Of a DNA stretch of 64,000 nucleotides, positions 29,390 to 39,269 are shown piece after piece. Position numbers and translations under genes: made by a program. The stretch lies in NCBI GenBank assembly GCA_965247095.1, contig OZ251997.1, positions 3,712,001-3,776,000 of the forward strand, read 5' to 3'. Every line of letters begins with the position of its first letter. Positions within the stretch are counted from its first letter, which is position 1. This DNA is from Candidatus Multivorans sp. (GTDB lineage: Bacteria > Acidobacteriota > Thermoanaerobaculia > Multivoradales > Multivoraceae). The notes beneath the pieces were generated by a model. The model ran no database searches, was not told where the DNA came from, and worked only from the letters and a program-made list of their open reading frames with translations.

Positions 29390-30752
29390 AGCGGCTGAGA
29401 TCCCGGTCTTCCACGATGTCGGCGAGAGCCCGGGTCACGTAGGCCGCGTCGACTTCCAGGACTACGCCCTCCATGTCGGGGGCCTCGAAGGAGACCTCTT
29501 CGAGCAGGCGCTCCATCAGGGTCGCCAGACGCCGGGCGCCTATGTTCTCGGTCTGGGAGTTCACCTGCACGGCGAGGCGGGCGATCTCCTTCACCGCGTC
29601 GTCGCGGAAGGAGAGGTCCAGGCCCTCGGCGCCGAGGAGGGCGCGGTACTGCGTCGTCAGGGCGCTGTCCGGCTCGGTCAGGATGCGGACGAACTCCGCT
29701 TCGCCCAGTGCGCTGAGTTCGACCCGGATCGGGAAGCGTCCCTGGAGCTCGGGGATCATGTCGGACGGCTTGGCGACGTGGAAGGCGCCGGCGCCGATGA
29801 ACAGCACGTGGTCCGTCTTGACCGGGCCGTACTTGGTCGTCACCGTGGTTCCTTCGACGATCGGCAGCAGATCGCGCTGAACCCCTTCGCGCGAGATGTC
29901 GGGTCCGTGGCCGCCAGTGCGGCTGGCGACCTTGTCGATCTCGTCGAGAAAGACGATGCCGGCCTGCTCCACGCGCAGTCTCGCTTCCTCGGCCACGTCC
30001 TGACGATCGATCAGTGCCTCCGCCTCCTGCCGGCGCAGGATCTCCCGCGCTTCGGAGACCTCGACCATCTGGCGCTTGCGCTTGCCGAACAGGCCCGGGA
30101 GCATCTCCTTGAGGTTGATTCCCACCGCCTCGACGCCCTGGGGGGTGAACATCTCGAACTGCTGTTGGGAGGCGTCGTCGACTTCGATCTCGACCATGCG
30201 GTGGTCCAGGCGTCCCTCCTCGAGCCACTGTCGGAAGCGTTCCCGGGTTTCGGTCGGTGCGCTGTAGGCGGCCGGGTCGTCGGCGTCGGCGGCCGCTTGG
30301 GGCGCCTGGGGGACCAGGAGCTGGAGCAGCCGCTCGTCGGCTCTTGACGCGGCTTCCGCTTCCACCGCGGCCCGTTTCTCTTCTCCGACCATCGCCACCG
30401 CAAGCTCCATCAGGTCGCGGACGATCGACTCGACGTCGCGGCCGACGTATCCGACCTCGGTGAACTTGCTGGCCTCGATCTTGAGGAAGGGGGCCCGCGC
30501 GAGTTTGGCCAGCCGGCGCGCGATCTCCGTCTTGCCCACGCCGGTTGGGCCCATCATCAGGATGTTCTTCGGTGCGATGTCCTCTGCGGTCTCGGGATCG
30601 AGCTGCTGCCGCCGCCAGCGGTTGCGCATCGCGATCGCCACCGCGCGCTTTGCGTCCTTCTGACCGACAACGTGCCGGTCGAGGGCCGCGACGATCTCCC
30701 GCGGCGTCAGGTTCTCGACGAACTGGGCGTTCTGTGCCGGCTCGACGGTCAC
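29379..30752 (-). CDS. hslU: ATP-dependent protease ATPase subunit HslU
   Basis: LTPREIV, GPTGVGKTEIARR, GYVGRDVE, DEIDK, PELQGR, NIGARRL. Confidence 0.98.
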   Translation of the reverse strand: MTVEPAQNAQFVENLTPREIVAALDRHVVGQKDAKRAVAIAMRNRWRRQQLDPETAEDIAPKNILMMGPTGVGKTEIARRLAKLARAPFLKIEASKFTEVGYVGRDVESIVRDLMELAVAMVGEEKRAAVEAEAASRADERLLQLLVPQAPQAAADADDPAAYSAPTETRERFRQWLEEGRLDHRMVEIEVDDASQQQFEMFTPQGVEAVGINLKEMLPGLFGKRKRQMVEVSEAREILRRQEAEALIDRQDVAEEARLRVEQAGIVFLDEIDKVASRTGGHGPDISREGVQRDLLPIVEGTTVTTKYGPVKTDHVLFIGAGAFHVAKPSDMIPELQGRFPIRVELSALGEAEFVRILTEPDSALTTQYRALLGAEGLDLSFRDDAVKEIARLAVQVNSQTENIGARRLATLMERLLEEVSFEAPDMEGVVLEVDAAYVTRALADIVEDRDLSRYVL

Positions 30753-31297
30753 GCCGCGGCCCCATTTCCTTCGAGGCGCTCCACGGTGACTTCGTGGTTG
30801 GTGTAGATGCAGAGGTCGGCGGTGATCCGCATTGCCTCCCGCGCGACCTGTTCCGCGTCGAGCTCCGTGTGCTTGAGCAGCGCCTGGGCGGCGGCGAGGG
30901 CGTAGTTTCCGCCCGAACCGATGGCGAGCGGCATGCCCGTATCCGGCTCGAGCAGGTCGCCGTTACCCATCGCCAGGAAGCTCTTGCTCGCGTCGGCGAC
31001 GATCATCTGCGCCTCGAGCCGGCGCAGCGCCCGGTCCGTTCGCCAGTCCATCGCCAGTTCGATCACGGCGCGCTCGAGATTGCCCTGGTACTCCTCGATC
31101 TTGGCCTCGAAGCGTGAGAACAGGGCCAGGGCGTCGGCGCCGCCGCCGGCGAAACCGACCAGAATCCGACCGTGGTTGGCGCGTTGGACCTTGCGGGCGT
31201 GCGCCTTGACCACCGTGTTCGCGGTGCCGTTGGTGACCTGGCCGTCGCTGGCCATGCAGATCGTGCCGCCGCGGCGTACGAGCAGGATGGTGGTCAT
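30749..31297 (-). CDS. hslV: ATP-dependent protease subunit HslV
   Basis: N-terminal TTI, DGQVT, GFAG, WRTDRALRRLEA, IGSGG, CIYTN. Confidence 0.97.
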   Translation of the reverse strand: MTTILLVRRGGTICMASDGQVTNGTANTVVKAHARKVQRANHGRILVGFAGGGADALALFSRFEAKIEEYQGNLERAVIELAMDWRTDRALRRLEAQMIVADASKSFLAMGNGDLLEPDTGMPLAIGSGGNYALAAAQALLKHTELDAEQVAREAMRITADLCIYTNHEVTVERLEGNGAAA

Positions 31298-31358
31298 GTG
31301 GTCGGGTGGTCTCCCTCAGGTTGGCAGCCGGCGCGGGTCGCGGCAGCGGTCCCTCGTT

Positions 31359-32174
31359 TCACGGATTCTCTCGCAGAATGTTGCGCAGCGAGGCTTCCGG
31401 TCGGGTCCAGCCCGGGCCGCCGCTGTACCGCCCGATCTCCTTGCCGTCGCGGTAGACGATCGCGGTGGGGAGTTCCTTGACGCCGAGCCGGTCGGCCTCG
31501 GCATCGCCCCAGTCGGGGATGCCGTAGTAGCTGAACCGGACGGGCGATTCCTGGAGCTGCTCGTGGACCTTGAGGCCGCGCGGCATGAAACGCTCGCAGA
31601 CGTGGCACCAGGATCCGAAGACGACGCGGACTTCCACGCCGGTGGCGAGCTCGGCTACCTCGGCCACGACTGCCGGATCTGTCTCGTAGGCGTTCGCCGA
31701 GCGGCGATAACCGGGGTCGTGGTCGTACAGAGTGTCCAGTGTCGCTTCGCCGGTCAGCGAGGGTCGTTGCCGGAGTTGGGCGCGGATACCGTCGACGGCG
31801 AACTCGAGGCCCTTGGGGATCTGCCGGAAGGGCATCGGAGAGCCGAACAGGGCCCCGGGCAGCAGGTCCACCGTGTCCTCGCCCGTCGGCGAGATCTTCA
31901 GCAGTTGGACCTTGTACGAGGTCTGGTTGCGGGCGCTCAGCAGCACCGGCGAGGGCAGATCGTCGGCGAGGACGAGGAATGCGCCCGCGGTTCGCGAGAG
32001 GTAGAGCTGGGCTCCGGCAGCCTCCTGCCCCTGCAGGAAGAGCTGGTAGTCGCCCACGAGCTGGAAGCCGCGCAGGTCGTCCTGGGCCCCTGCGGCCCCC
32101 GCGGCGGCCAGGAAGACGGCGACAGCCGCCAGGAGCACGACTACTGTGCTCGTGCGGGCGATGGGAAGTCTCAT
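31359..32174 (-). CDS. exported thioredoxin-family protein with unknown N-terminal domain
   Basis: Signal peptide (AGA-Q); FGSWCHVC; cis-Pro LPT..YRDGKEIGR. Confidence 0.8.
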   Translation of the reverse strand: MRLPIARTSTVVVLLAAVAVFLAAAGAAGAQDDLRGFQLVGDYQLFLQGQEAAGAQLYLSRTAGAFLVLADDLPSPVLLSARNQTSYKVQLLKISPTGEDTVDLLPGALFGSPMPFRQIPKGLEFAVDGIRAQLRQRPSLTGEATLDTLYDHDPGYRRSANAYETDPAVVAEVAELATGVEVRVVFGSWCHVCERFMPRGLKVHEQLQESPVRFSYYGIPDWGDAEADRLGVKELPTAIVYRDGKEIGRYSGGPGWTRPEASLRNILRENP

Positions 32175-32230
32175 GCGGTTTCCTTTCCTGAAGGCAGGTT
32201 GTGTCGTCGAGCGAGGCGGCATCTGGTCCG

Positions 32231-33205
32231 TCAGCCGCCCTTCGCTCTGGGATGGGTTTCCCGGTAGACCTGAAGCAGGCGTCCGGTGTCCACGTGCATG
32301 TAGCGCTGGGTGGTCGCAAGGGAGGCGTGGCCGAGCAGTTCCTGGATCGAGCGCAGGTCGGCGCCGGACTCGAGCAGGTGGGTGGCGAAGCTGTGTCGCA
32401 GGGCGTGCGGATGTGCGCCCGCCGCCTGCGCCGTTTCAGCGACGTAGCGGTCGATGACACGGCGGACGGAGCGTGCGCTCAGGCGGCTTCCTTTCTGGTT
32501 CAGGAACACCGGTTCGTCCTGGTCGCTTCCGGCGCGCGGGCTCCGGAACACCTCTTCCCAGACGTCGAGCCACTGCCTGAGCGCTTTCTCCGCCGGCTCT
32601 CCAAAGGGCGTCATCCGTTCCCGGTCGCCCTTGCCCACGACCCGGAGCACCCTGGCGCCGAGGTCGATGTCGCGCCAGTTCAGGGCGACGAGTTCGCCGA
32701 CCCGTAGACCGGAGGCGTAGAGCAGCTCCAGGAGCGCGCGATCCCTGAGACCGAGCGGCCCCGCGCGGCTGGCGGGCGCCTCGAGCAGAACGTCGATCTC
32801 GCCGTGCCGCAGGTGGCGCGGAAGCGTCTTCTCGACCTTCGGCGTCGGCACCGACGCGGCCGGGTTCGACTGCATCCGGCCGGTGAGACAGGCGTAGCGG
32901 AAAAGCCCCCGGAGCGCCGACAGGTGGCGGCCCTGGGTGCGGCGGGCCAGCCGGCGCTGGTTCAGGGAGGCGACGAAGGACCGGACCAGGAGCTGGTCGA
33001 TGTCTGCGATGTCCGAATCGCTGTCGCCGCCCGCGGCGCGAAAGTCGGCGAAGGCGGCGAGATCCCGGCCGTAGGCGCGGACCGTGTGTTCCGAGCAGTT
33101 GCGCTCCAAGTCCAGGTACTCCAGGAAATCCGCGATCAGCTCGACGAGCGCGCCGCGGCGCCCGGCTTTTTCGCGCGTTCCCGCGCGTTGAACGGTGGTT
33201 CCCAT
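32231..33205 (-). CDS. xerC: tyrosine recombinase XerC
   Basis: [49 protein letters not shown]; trmFO-xerC-hslV synteny. Confidence 0.9.
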   Translation of the reverse strand: MGTTVQRAGTREKAGRRGALVELIADFLEYLDLERNCSEHTVRAYGRDLAAFADFRAAGGDSDSDIADIDQLLVRSFVASLNQRRLARRTQGRHLSALRGLFRYACLTGRMQSNPAASVPTPKVEKTLPRHLRHGEIDVLLEAPASRAGPLGLRDRALLELLYASGLRVGELVALNWRDIDLGARVLRVVGKGDRERMTPFGEPAEKALRQWLDVWEEVFRSPRAGSDQDEPVFLNQKGSRLSARSVRRVIDRYVAETAQAAGAHPHALRHSFATHLLESGADLRSIQELLGHASLATTQRYMHVDTGRLLQVYRETHPRAKGG

Positions 33206-34530
33206 GAGAGTGCTCCCCCGATTTCCATGCTATCGGCCCAGGCCTCCAGGGCCTGCCCGGCACGGGCCACGTAGGCGGCGCGGCGCTCACGCCGCGGCAC
33301 CCGTCTGGCAAAGGGTTCGAGTAGACCGTAGTTGATGTTCGTCGGCTGGTAACGCTTCGGATTCGACTCGGTCAGGTGTCTCGCCAGGGCGCCCAGCGCC
33401 GTCGTGTCGGGCAGCGGCGGCGGTTCGCGATCCTGGTCCTGGAGCACGAGGTAGAGCGCTACGGCAAGTCCGGTGGCGGCCGACTCGAGGTAACCCTCGA
33501 CCCCCGTCATCTGTCCTGCCAGCCTCAGATGAGGCCGCGCGGCAATGCGGTACCAGCGGTCGAGGTGCAACGGCGCATTGATGAACGTGTTGCGGTGCAC
33601 TTGGCCGTAGCGGACGAAACGGGCCGATTCCAGGCCCGGTAGCGTGCACAGGACACGGCGCTGCTCGGGCCAGGTCATCCGCGACTGAAAGCCGACCAGG
33701 TTGTACTGGCTGCGGGCGAGGTCCTCTTGCCGGAGCTGGACGACGGCATGAGGACGGTCGCCGTCCGGGGTCTCCAGGCCGACCGGTTTCATCGGCCCGA
33801 AGCGCAGAGTGTCCTCGCCGCGGCGGGCGAGTTCCTCGATCGGGAGGCAGCCCTCGAAGAACAGGGGCCGTTCGAACTCGCGCAGCTCGATCGTGTCCGC
33901 CTCGAGCAACTGGCGGTGGAAGGACCGGTACTCGGCCTCGTCGAGCGGGCAGTTGAGGTAGTCGTCGCCTCCCTTGCCGTAGCGGGAAGCCCGGAACAAG
34001 AGGTCGTTGTTGAGACTGTCACCCGTGACGATCGGGGCGATTGCGTCGTAGAAGTAGAGATGGTCCGCACCAATCAGTTGCTCGATCTCTCGCGTCAGCG
34101 CTTCGGAGGTCAGAGGCCCCGTCGCGATCACGCAGTCGCATTCGTCCGGCGCCGGCAGTGCGGTCAACTCCTCGCGCCGGAGTTCGATCAGCGGGTGCGC
34201 TTCGATCGCCTCTGTTATGTCGGCGGCAAACCCGGCGCGGTCCACGGCCAGCGCGCCGCCGGCCGGAACCGCGTTGCTTCTCGCGGCGGCGATGATCAGC
34301 GAATCGAAACGCTCCATCTCCCGCTTGAGCAGTCCCGCGGCATGGTGCGGGTCGTCGCTGCGCAGCGAGTTCGAGCACACGAGTTCGGCGAGGTCGCTGC
34401 CGGCGTGAGCCGGCGTGGAGCGCTGCGGCCGCATCTCGTACAGAGTCACCTCGCGGCCCCGGGAGGCGAGTTGGAAGGCGCACTCGCTGCCGGCGAGCCC
34501 GCCGCCAACCACTACGACGGGCGCGGTCAT
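33136..34530 (-). CDS. trmFO: folate-dependent tRNA (uracil-54) methyltransferase
   Basis: GGGLAGSE, AELVCSNS, VPAGGALAVDR, FYDAIAP, FGPMKPVGL, HRNTF, GVEGY. Confidence 0.97.
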   Translation of the reverse strand: MTAPVVVVGGGLAGSECAFQLASRGREVTLYEMRPQRSTPAHAGSDLAELVCSNSLRSDDPHHAAGLLKREMERFDSLIIAAARSNAVPAGGALAVDRAGFAADITEAIEAHPLIELRREELTALPAPDECDCVIATGPLTSEALTREIEQLIGADHLYFYDAIAPIVTGDSLNNDLLFRASRYGKGGDDYLNCPLDEAEYRSFHRQLLEADTIELREFERPLFFEGCLPIEELARRGEDTLRFGPMKPVGLETPDGDRPHAVVQLRQEDLARSQYNLVGFQSRMTWPEQRRVLCTLPGLESARFVRYGQVHRNTFINAPLHLDRWYRIAARPHLRLAGQMTGVEGYLESAATGLAVALYLVLQDQDREPPPLPDTTALGALARHLTESNPKRYQPTNINYGLLEPFARRVPRRERRAAYVARAGQALEAWADSMEIGGALSWEPPFNARERAKKPGAAARSSS

Positions 34531-34558
34531 CGGTGCATCATGGCAAGGGCCTGCCGGC

Positions 34559-34586
34559 TTGACAAGGTTCACCGCTCTACTAAGGT
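34559..34586 (+). promoter_or_regulatory. sigma70-type promoter for topA
   Basis: TTGACA(34559-34564)-N16-TAAGGT(34581-34586), 11 nt before the ATG. Confidence 0.55.
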
Positions 34587-34597
34587 CGCCCGCACGC

Positions 34598-37297
34598 ATG
34601 GCTAACTCTCTCGTCATCGTCGAGTCGCCGGCCAAGGCCCGGACGATCGAGCGCTACCTCGGTCCCGGCTACAAGGTCGAGTCCTCGATCGGTCACATCA
34701 GGGACCTGCCGCGGACCGCTGCCGAGGTGCCGCAGAAGTACCGGGGGCGCCCTTGGGCACGTCTGGGTGTCGATATCGAAGGTGGCTTCGATCCCCTGTA
34801 CGTGATCCCCAGCGAGAAGCGGGGTCAGATCACCAAGCTTCGGAGCGCGCTGCGCGGCGCCGACGAGCTGGTGCTCGCAACGGATGAGGACCGCGAGGGC
34901 GAGGCGATCGCGTGGCACCTCCAGGAGGTGCTGCGTCCCAAGGTGCCGGTGCGGCGGATGGTCTTCCACGAGATCACGAAGTCCGCCGTCGAAGCGGCGC
35001 TCAGCGACACCCGGGAGATCGACCGCCGTCTGGTCGACGCCCAGGAGGCGAGGCGGGTACTGGACCGGCTCTATGGCTACGAAGTTTCTCCCGTGCTGTG
35101 GAAGAAGGTTCAGCCGCGGCTGTCGGCGGGCCGCGTTCAGTCGGTGGCGACCCGGATCGTGGTCGAGCGGGAGCGGGAGCGGATGGCGTTCGTACCCGCC
35201 GACTACTGGACCGTGGAGGTGGAGCTTGAGACCGAGGACGGCGAGGCGAGGCGCTTCCCCGCGCGCGTGTCGGCTCTGGGCGGCAGAGCTCTGGCGCGCG
35301 GACGGGACTTCGACCGGAATACCGGCAAGCTGAAGACCGCCGCCCACCTGTTGCTGGAGGCCGAGGCCGGAAGGCTGGGGCATGAGTTGCCAGCGACCCG
35401 GCCCGTGGTCACCGAGGTCAAGGAACAGCCGTTCACCCGCCGGCCCTACGCGCCCTTCATCACCTCGACCCTGCAGCAGGAGGCGGCCAGGAAGCTCCGG
35501 TTCACCGCGCAACGGACGATGAGGGTGGCCCAGGGCCTGTACGAGAACGGCTACATCACATACATGCGCACCGATTCGACCGCGCTTTCGAGCCAGGCGA
35601 TCGCGGCCGCGCGGCTGCAGATCGTCGAACTCTTTGGGCCCGAGTATGTGCCGGAGAAACCGCGCTCATACTCCAGGAGGGCGAACGCCCAGGAGGCGCA
35701 CGAGGCCATTCGGCCCGCGGGCACGAACTTCCGGACGCCGGACCAGGTGCGCGCGAGCCTGGACCAGGACTCCTTCCGCCTCTACGAGTTGATCTGGAAG
35801 CGGACACTGGCGTCCCAGATGAAGGACGCGCAGGGGACGAGTACCAGCGTCCTGCTTTCGACGTCCACACCGTCGGCAGCATCCGTGCAACTGAGCGCCT
35901 CCGGTCGCGTGCTTCGCTTTGCCGGGTTCCTGCGGGTCTACGTAGAGGGCCGGGACGATCCGAAGGCGCGGGCAGAGGACGAGGAGCGCTTTCTGCCGGC
36001 GCTTCGCAAGGGCCAGACGGTCGGCGTGGCGAGTTCCGAACCGAAGGGCCACACGACCCAGCCGCCTGCCCGGTACACCGAAGCCAGTCTGGTGCGGGAG
36101 CTGGAGGAGCAGGGGATCGGCCGGCCGTCGACCTACGCCGCCATCCTGCAGACGATCGTCGACCGGGGATACGTCTGGAAGAAGGGCTCGGCTCTGGTGC
36201 CGACGTTCCTCGCCTTCGCCGTTACACGGTTGCTCGAGCAGCACCTGGGCGACCTCGTGGACCTGGACTTCACGGCGCGCATGGAGAACGACCTGGACGA
36301 GATCGCCGGCGGCGTCCGCGAAGCGGAGCCCTGGTTGCGCAACTTCTACTACGGCCGCGAGAAGGGTCCGGCCGGCGATGGACGCCGGGGTCTGCAGTCC
36401 ATGGTGGGCGAGGGTGTGGACGGCATCGACGCCAAGGCGGTTTGTTCGCTGCGTCTGGGAAACAACGAGGAAGGCCTTGAGGTGGTCGTTCGCGTCGGCC
36501 GCTACGGCACCTACCTGCAGGCCGGTGACGACGGGCAGCGTGTCTCGATCGAGGACAACGTGCCCCCCGATGAGGTCACTCTCGAGTACGCCCTGGAGCT
36601 GCTTCAGGGGGCGTCGGAGCAGAGCGGTCCTCTGGGAAACCACCCGGAGACGGGCGAGCCGATCTACGTCAAGACGGGTCGGTACGGCGACTACGTCCAA
36701 CTGGGCGATCCGAGCCCGGAGGGAAAGGGCCGGAAGCGGTCCCCGAAGGCGGGCAAGCCCAAGATGGCCAGCCTGTGGCCGTCCATGGATCGCGGCAGCC
36801 TGACGCTGGACGAGGCCGTGTTGGTGCTCTCCTTTCCGCGTGAAGTCGGTTCCCATCCGGAGACCGGCGAGCCGGTCTCCGTGCAGGACGGACGGTTCGG
36901 CCCCTACGTTCGCAGCGGCAAGGAGAGCCGCAGCCTGGAACGCCACGAGCAGTTGGCGACCGTGACCCTGGAGCAGGCGCTCGGGCTTCTGAGCCAGCCC
37001 AAGAAGCGGCGTGGCGCCACGATGTCGGTGCTGCGGGAGTTGGGCGAACACCCGCAGAGCGGCCTCGAACTGTCATTGAAGAAGGGGCGATTCGGGCCCT
37101 ACGTGACGGACGGCCAGGTGAACGCCTCGGTGCCCAAGGGCAGGGATCCCCAGGAAGTGGGTCTGGAGGAGGCGGTCGAGTTGCTGGCGGCTCGGGAGGC
37201 CAAGCTCAAGGCCGAGGGCAAGGACCCCAGGGCGCCGAAGCGGCGGCCGGCGCGGAAGCGCAGCACCTCGAAGAAGACGGCGCGCAAGCCCCGCTGA
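34598..37297 (+). CDS. topA: DNA topoisomerase I with C-terminal Topo_C repeats, no zinc fingers
   Basis: IVESPAK, ATDEDREGE, SAGRVQS, ITYMRTDS, AHEAIRP; four GR(Y/F)GxY repeats; Lys/Arg tail. Confidence 0.97.
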   Translation: MANSLVIVESPAKARTIERYLGPGYKVESSIGHIRDLPRTAAEVPQKYRGRPWARLGVDIEGGFDPLYVIPSEKRGQITKLRSALRGADELVLATDEDREGEAIAWHLQEVLRPKVPVRRMVFHEITKSAVEAALSDTREIDRRLVDAQEARRVLDRLYGYEVSPVLWKKVQPRLSAGRVQSVATRIVVERERERMAFVPADYWTVEVELETEDGEARRFPARVSALGGRALARGRDFDRNTGKLKTAAHLLLEAEAGRLGHELPATRPVVTEVKEQPFTRRPYAPFITSTLQQEAARKLRFTAQRTMRVAQGLYENGYITYMRTDSTALSSQAIAAARLQIVELFGPEYVPEKPRSYSRRANAQEAHEAIRPAGTNFRTPDQVRASLDQDSFRLYELIWKRTLASQMKDAQGTSTSVLLSTSTPSAASVQLSASGRVLRFAGFLRVYVEGRDDPKARAEDEERFLPALRKGQTVGVASSEPKGHTTQPPARYTEASLVRELEEQGIGRPSTYAAILQTIVDRGYVWKKGSALVPTFLAFAVTRLLEQHLGDLVDLDFTARMENDLDEIAGGVREAEPWLRNFYYGREKGPAGDGRRGLQSMVGEGVDGIDAKAVCSLRLGNNEEGLEVVVRVGRYGTYLQAGDDGQRVSIEDNVPPDEVTLEYALELLQGASEQSGPLGNHPETGEPIYVKTGRYGDYVQLGDPSPEGKGRKRSPKAGKPKMASLWPSMDRGSLTLDEAVLVLSFPREVGSHPETGEPVSVQDGRFGPYVRSGKESRSLERHEQLATVTLEQALGLLSQPKKRRGATMSVLRELGEHPQSGLELSLKKGRFGPYVTDGQVNASVPKGRDPQEVGLEEAVELLAAREAKLKAEGKDPRAPKRRPARKRSTSKKTARKPR

Positions 37298-37340
37298 GTC
37301 CTAGCAGCTTGCGCCGTAGAACGAGATTCGACACTTATGG

Positions 37341-37388
37341 AAACAACATATCGTGTACCCAGGAGCAGGCAAACACTATATGGCGTAC
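37341..37388. promoter_or_regulatory. tandem NrdR-like boxes overlapping a minus-strand promoter
   Basis: AAACAACATATCGTGT (37341) and ACACTATATGGCGTAC (37373), 32 bp apart; minus-strand TTGCCT(37372-37367)-N16-TATGTT(37350-37345). Confidence 0.6.
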
Positions 37389-37413
37389 GCCAACTTTCCT
37401 GCCGCGCAAGCTC

Positions 37414-38619
37414 CTAGCGCGCCATCAGCGCGTAGTTCGCGCCCTCGTAGCGGCGCACCAGTCCGTCGACCTCCAGGCGGGCCAGGGTCGCCAGCACGCC
37501 CGGGATCGGAAGGCGTAGGCTGGATGCCAGTTGTTCAGGTGTCCGGGCGCCGTTCCGCAGCGCGACCAGAAGCCCGTCGACCTCGGAATCGGCGCCGCCT
37601 TTTGTAGTGGCGTCGGGGCTGAAGGTGCCGCTGGCACTCATGGCTGAGCCCGCGTCCTCCAGCGGCCTGTGTTCCAGCGCGTCCAGGACGGCGGTCGGCA
37701 GGGTTTCCAACAGCGAATCCGGATCCAGCGCGGGGATGGCGCCGTCCCGGAGCAGCAGGTGGGCGCCCGCCGATTCGCGGGACAGCACGGAACCGGGGAC
37801 GGCATAGACCTCGCGCCCGAGGTCGAGTGCCAGGCGGGCGGTGATCAGGGAGCCGGAACGGCTCGCGGCGCGGACCACGATCGATGCGAAGCCGAGAGCG
37901 GCGATGATGCGATTGCGGATCGGGAAGTGCCAGGGGCGGGGTTGCCAGCCGAAAGGGAACTCGCTGATCAGACAACCCCGCCGGGTGATTTCGGCGGCGG
38001 TCCGCCTGCTGCCCCGGGGGTAGTCGATGTCGAGACCGCAACCGAGCACGGCCGCGGTACGGCCGGTCCCCGCTCTCGCCGAGAGAGCGCTGCGGTGGGC
38101 GGCCTGGTCGATGCCGCGGGCGAATCCGGAGATGATGGTCAGGCCGGCCGCGGCGAGCCGTCTGGCGAACCAACCGGCCACCTCCAGGCCGTATGCGTCC
38201 GCCTTGCGTGAACCCACGATCGCGACACCGGGGCCACCTCCGAGCTTGCCGCGGACGTAGAGGACCGGCGGCGCGTGCAAGCCCAGGTCGGCCAGAGTGC
38301 GCGGATACTCGGCGTCGACAAGAGTGACGATCGTGGCGCCGGCCTCTCGCGCCCTTGCGGTCTCGGCGCCGACGTTTCCAAGGCAGCAGCGGGCCGCGCG
38401 TAGCGTCTCCCGCACTTTGTCGACCGGCGCCTCCAGGCTGTCGGCTGCTTGCTCGGCGAAGTGGTCGCGGGCGAGATCCCGTCCCGCCTGCAGTCGTTGA
38501 GCGAGTGCGCAGACCAACCCCCGGTCCTCGTGCACCATGTTCAGCGCGATGAGGGTCCGGCGGATCTCGTCGCGGTTGGTCTTGTGAGGGCCGCTGTGCG
38601 GGCCCGGTTCTTCTGCCAT
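37414..38619 (-). CDS. dprA: DNA processing protein DprA
   Basis: PPVLYVRG, AIVGSR, SGFARGID, FPIRNRII, SGSLITA, GREV.AVPG; C-terminal winged helix. Confidence 0.95.
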   Translation of the reverse strand: MAEEPGPHSGPHKTNRDEIRRTLIALNMVHEDRGLVCALAQRLQAGRDLARDHFAEQAADSLEAPVDKVRETLRAARCCLGNVGAETARAREAGATIVTLVDAEYPRTLADLGLHAPPVLYVRGKLGGGPGVAIVGSRKADAYGLEVAGWFARRLAAAGLTIISGFARGIDQAAHRSALSARAGTGRTAAVLGCGLDIDYPRGSRRTAAEITRRGCLISEFPFGWQPRPWHFPIRNRIIAALGFASIVVRAASRSGSLITARLALDLGREVYAVPGSVLSRESAGAHLLLRDGAIPALDPDSLLETLPTAVLDALEHRPLEDAGSAMSASGTFSPDATTKGGADSEVDGLLVALRNGARTPEQLASSLRLPIPGVLATLARLEVDGLVRRYEGANYALMAR

Positions 38620-38713
38620 TGCTGTCTCCCTCGCTGGATCGGGACGTGTTGTCGGCCGAAATCGGCGTTTAGAGACAGAGACGGATTCCGGGCCCGTGAT
38701 CTATACTCGATCG

Positions 38714-39184
38714 GTGACGCGCACTGCTCAATGCCTGCCGCGCGTTCTGCCGTTGATCGTCGGCGTCCTCCTCTTGGTGACGGTGTCTGGTGCTGTCGAT
38801 GCGCAGAAGCGCAAGGTGACCCCTGAGGCGCGGCAGCAGTGGCAATTCGGCGTCGACATGGCCAACCGCGGTCTCTGGAGCGAGGCGCTGTTCCGGTTCG
38901 AACAGGCCCGCCGGATCGAACCGGAACACCCGAAGCTCCTGAGCAACATCGCGGTGGCGCACGAGGCGTTGGGCTTGTTCGAGGAGGCCTTGAACTATTA
39001 CCAGCAGGCCCTGAGGCTGGCGCCCCGCGAACGAGACGTGCGCCGGAACTACTCGCGCTTCGTCGAGTACTACCAGAACTTCAAGGGCGATACCGCCGAA
39101 GAAGAACCCGGCACACCCGGCCCCGCGGCGGCGCCGGGTGTGCGGAACAGCGGCGCGGACGCGCCCCCGGCCGACGGCCGGTGA
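38714..39184 (+). CDS. exported TPR protein
   Basis: Signal peptide; TPR-like helices (LWSEALFRFEQA, NIAVAHEALGLFEEALNYYQQALRLAP); TATACT 6 nt before GTG 38714. Confidence 0.85.
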   Translation: MTRTAQCLPRVLPLIVGVLLLVTVSGAVDAQKRKVTPEARQQWQFGVDMANRGLWSEALFRFEQARRIEPEHPKLLSNIAVAHEALGLFEEALNYYQQALRLAPRERDVRRNYSRFVEYYQNFKGDTAEEEPGTPGPAAAPGVRNSGADAPPADGR

Positions 39185-39269
39185 CGGTCTACAGGACGTG
39201 CTTGGATGTTGCGGGGACCATGGAACAGTTCTTGCACACCGAATGTTGGATGGCGGGAGGTATGACGTG

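Noticed and set aside
32231-33205. Tyrosine recombinase as a mobile-element integrase
   Set aside because: Housekeeping trmFO-xerC-hslVU context; no att sites or cargo seen
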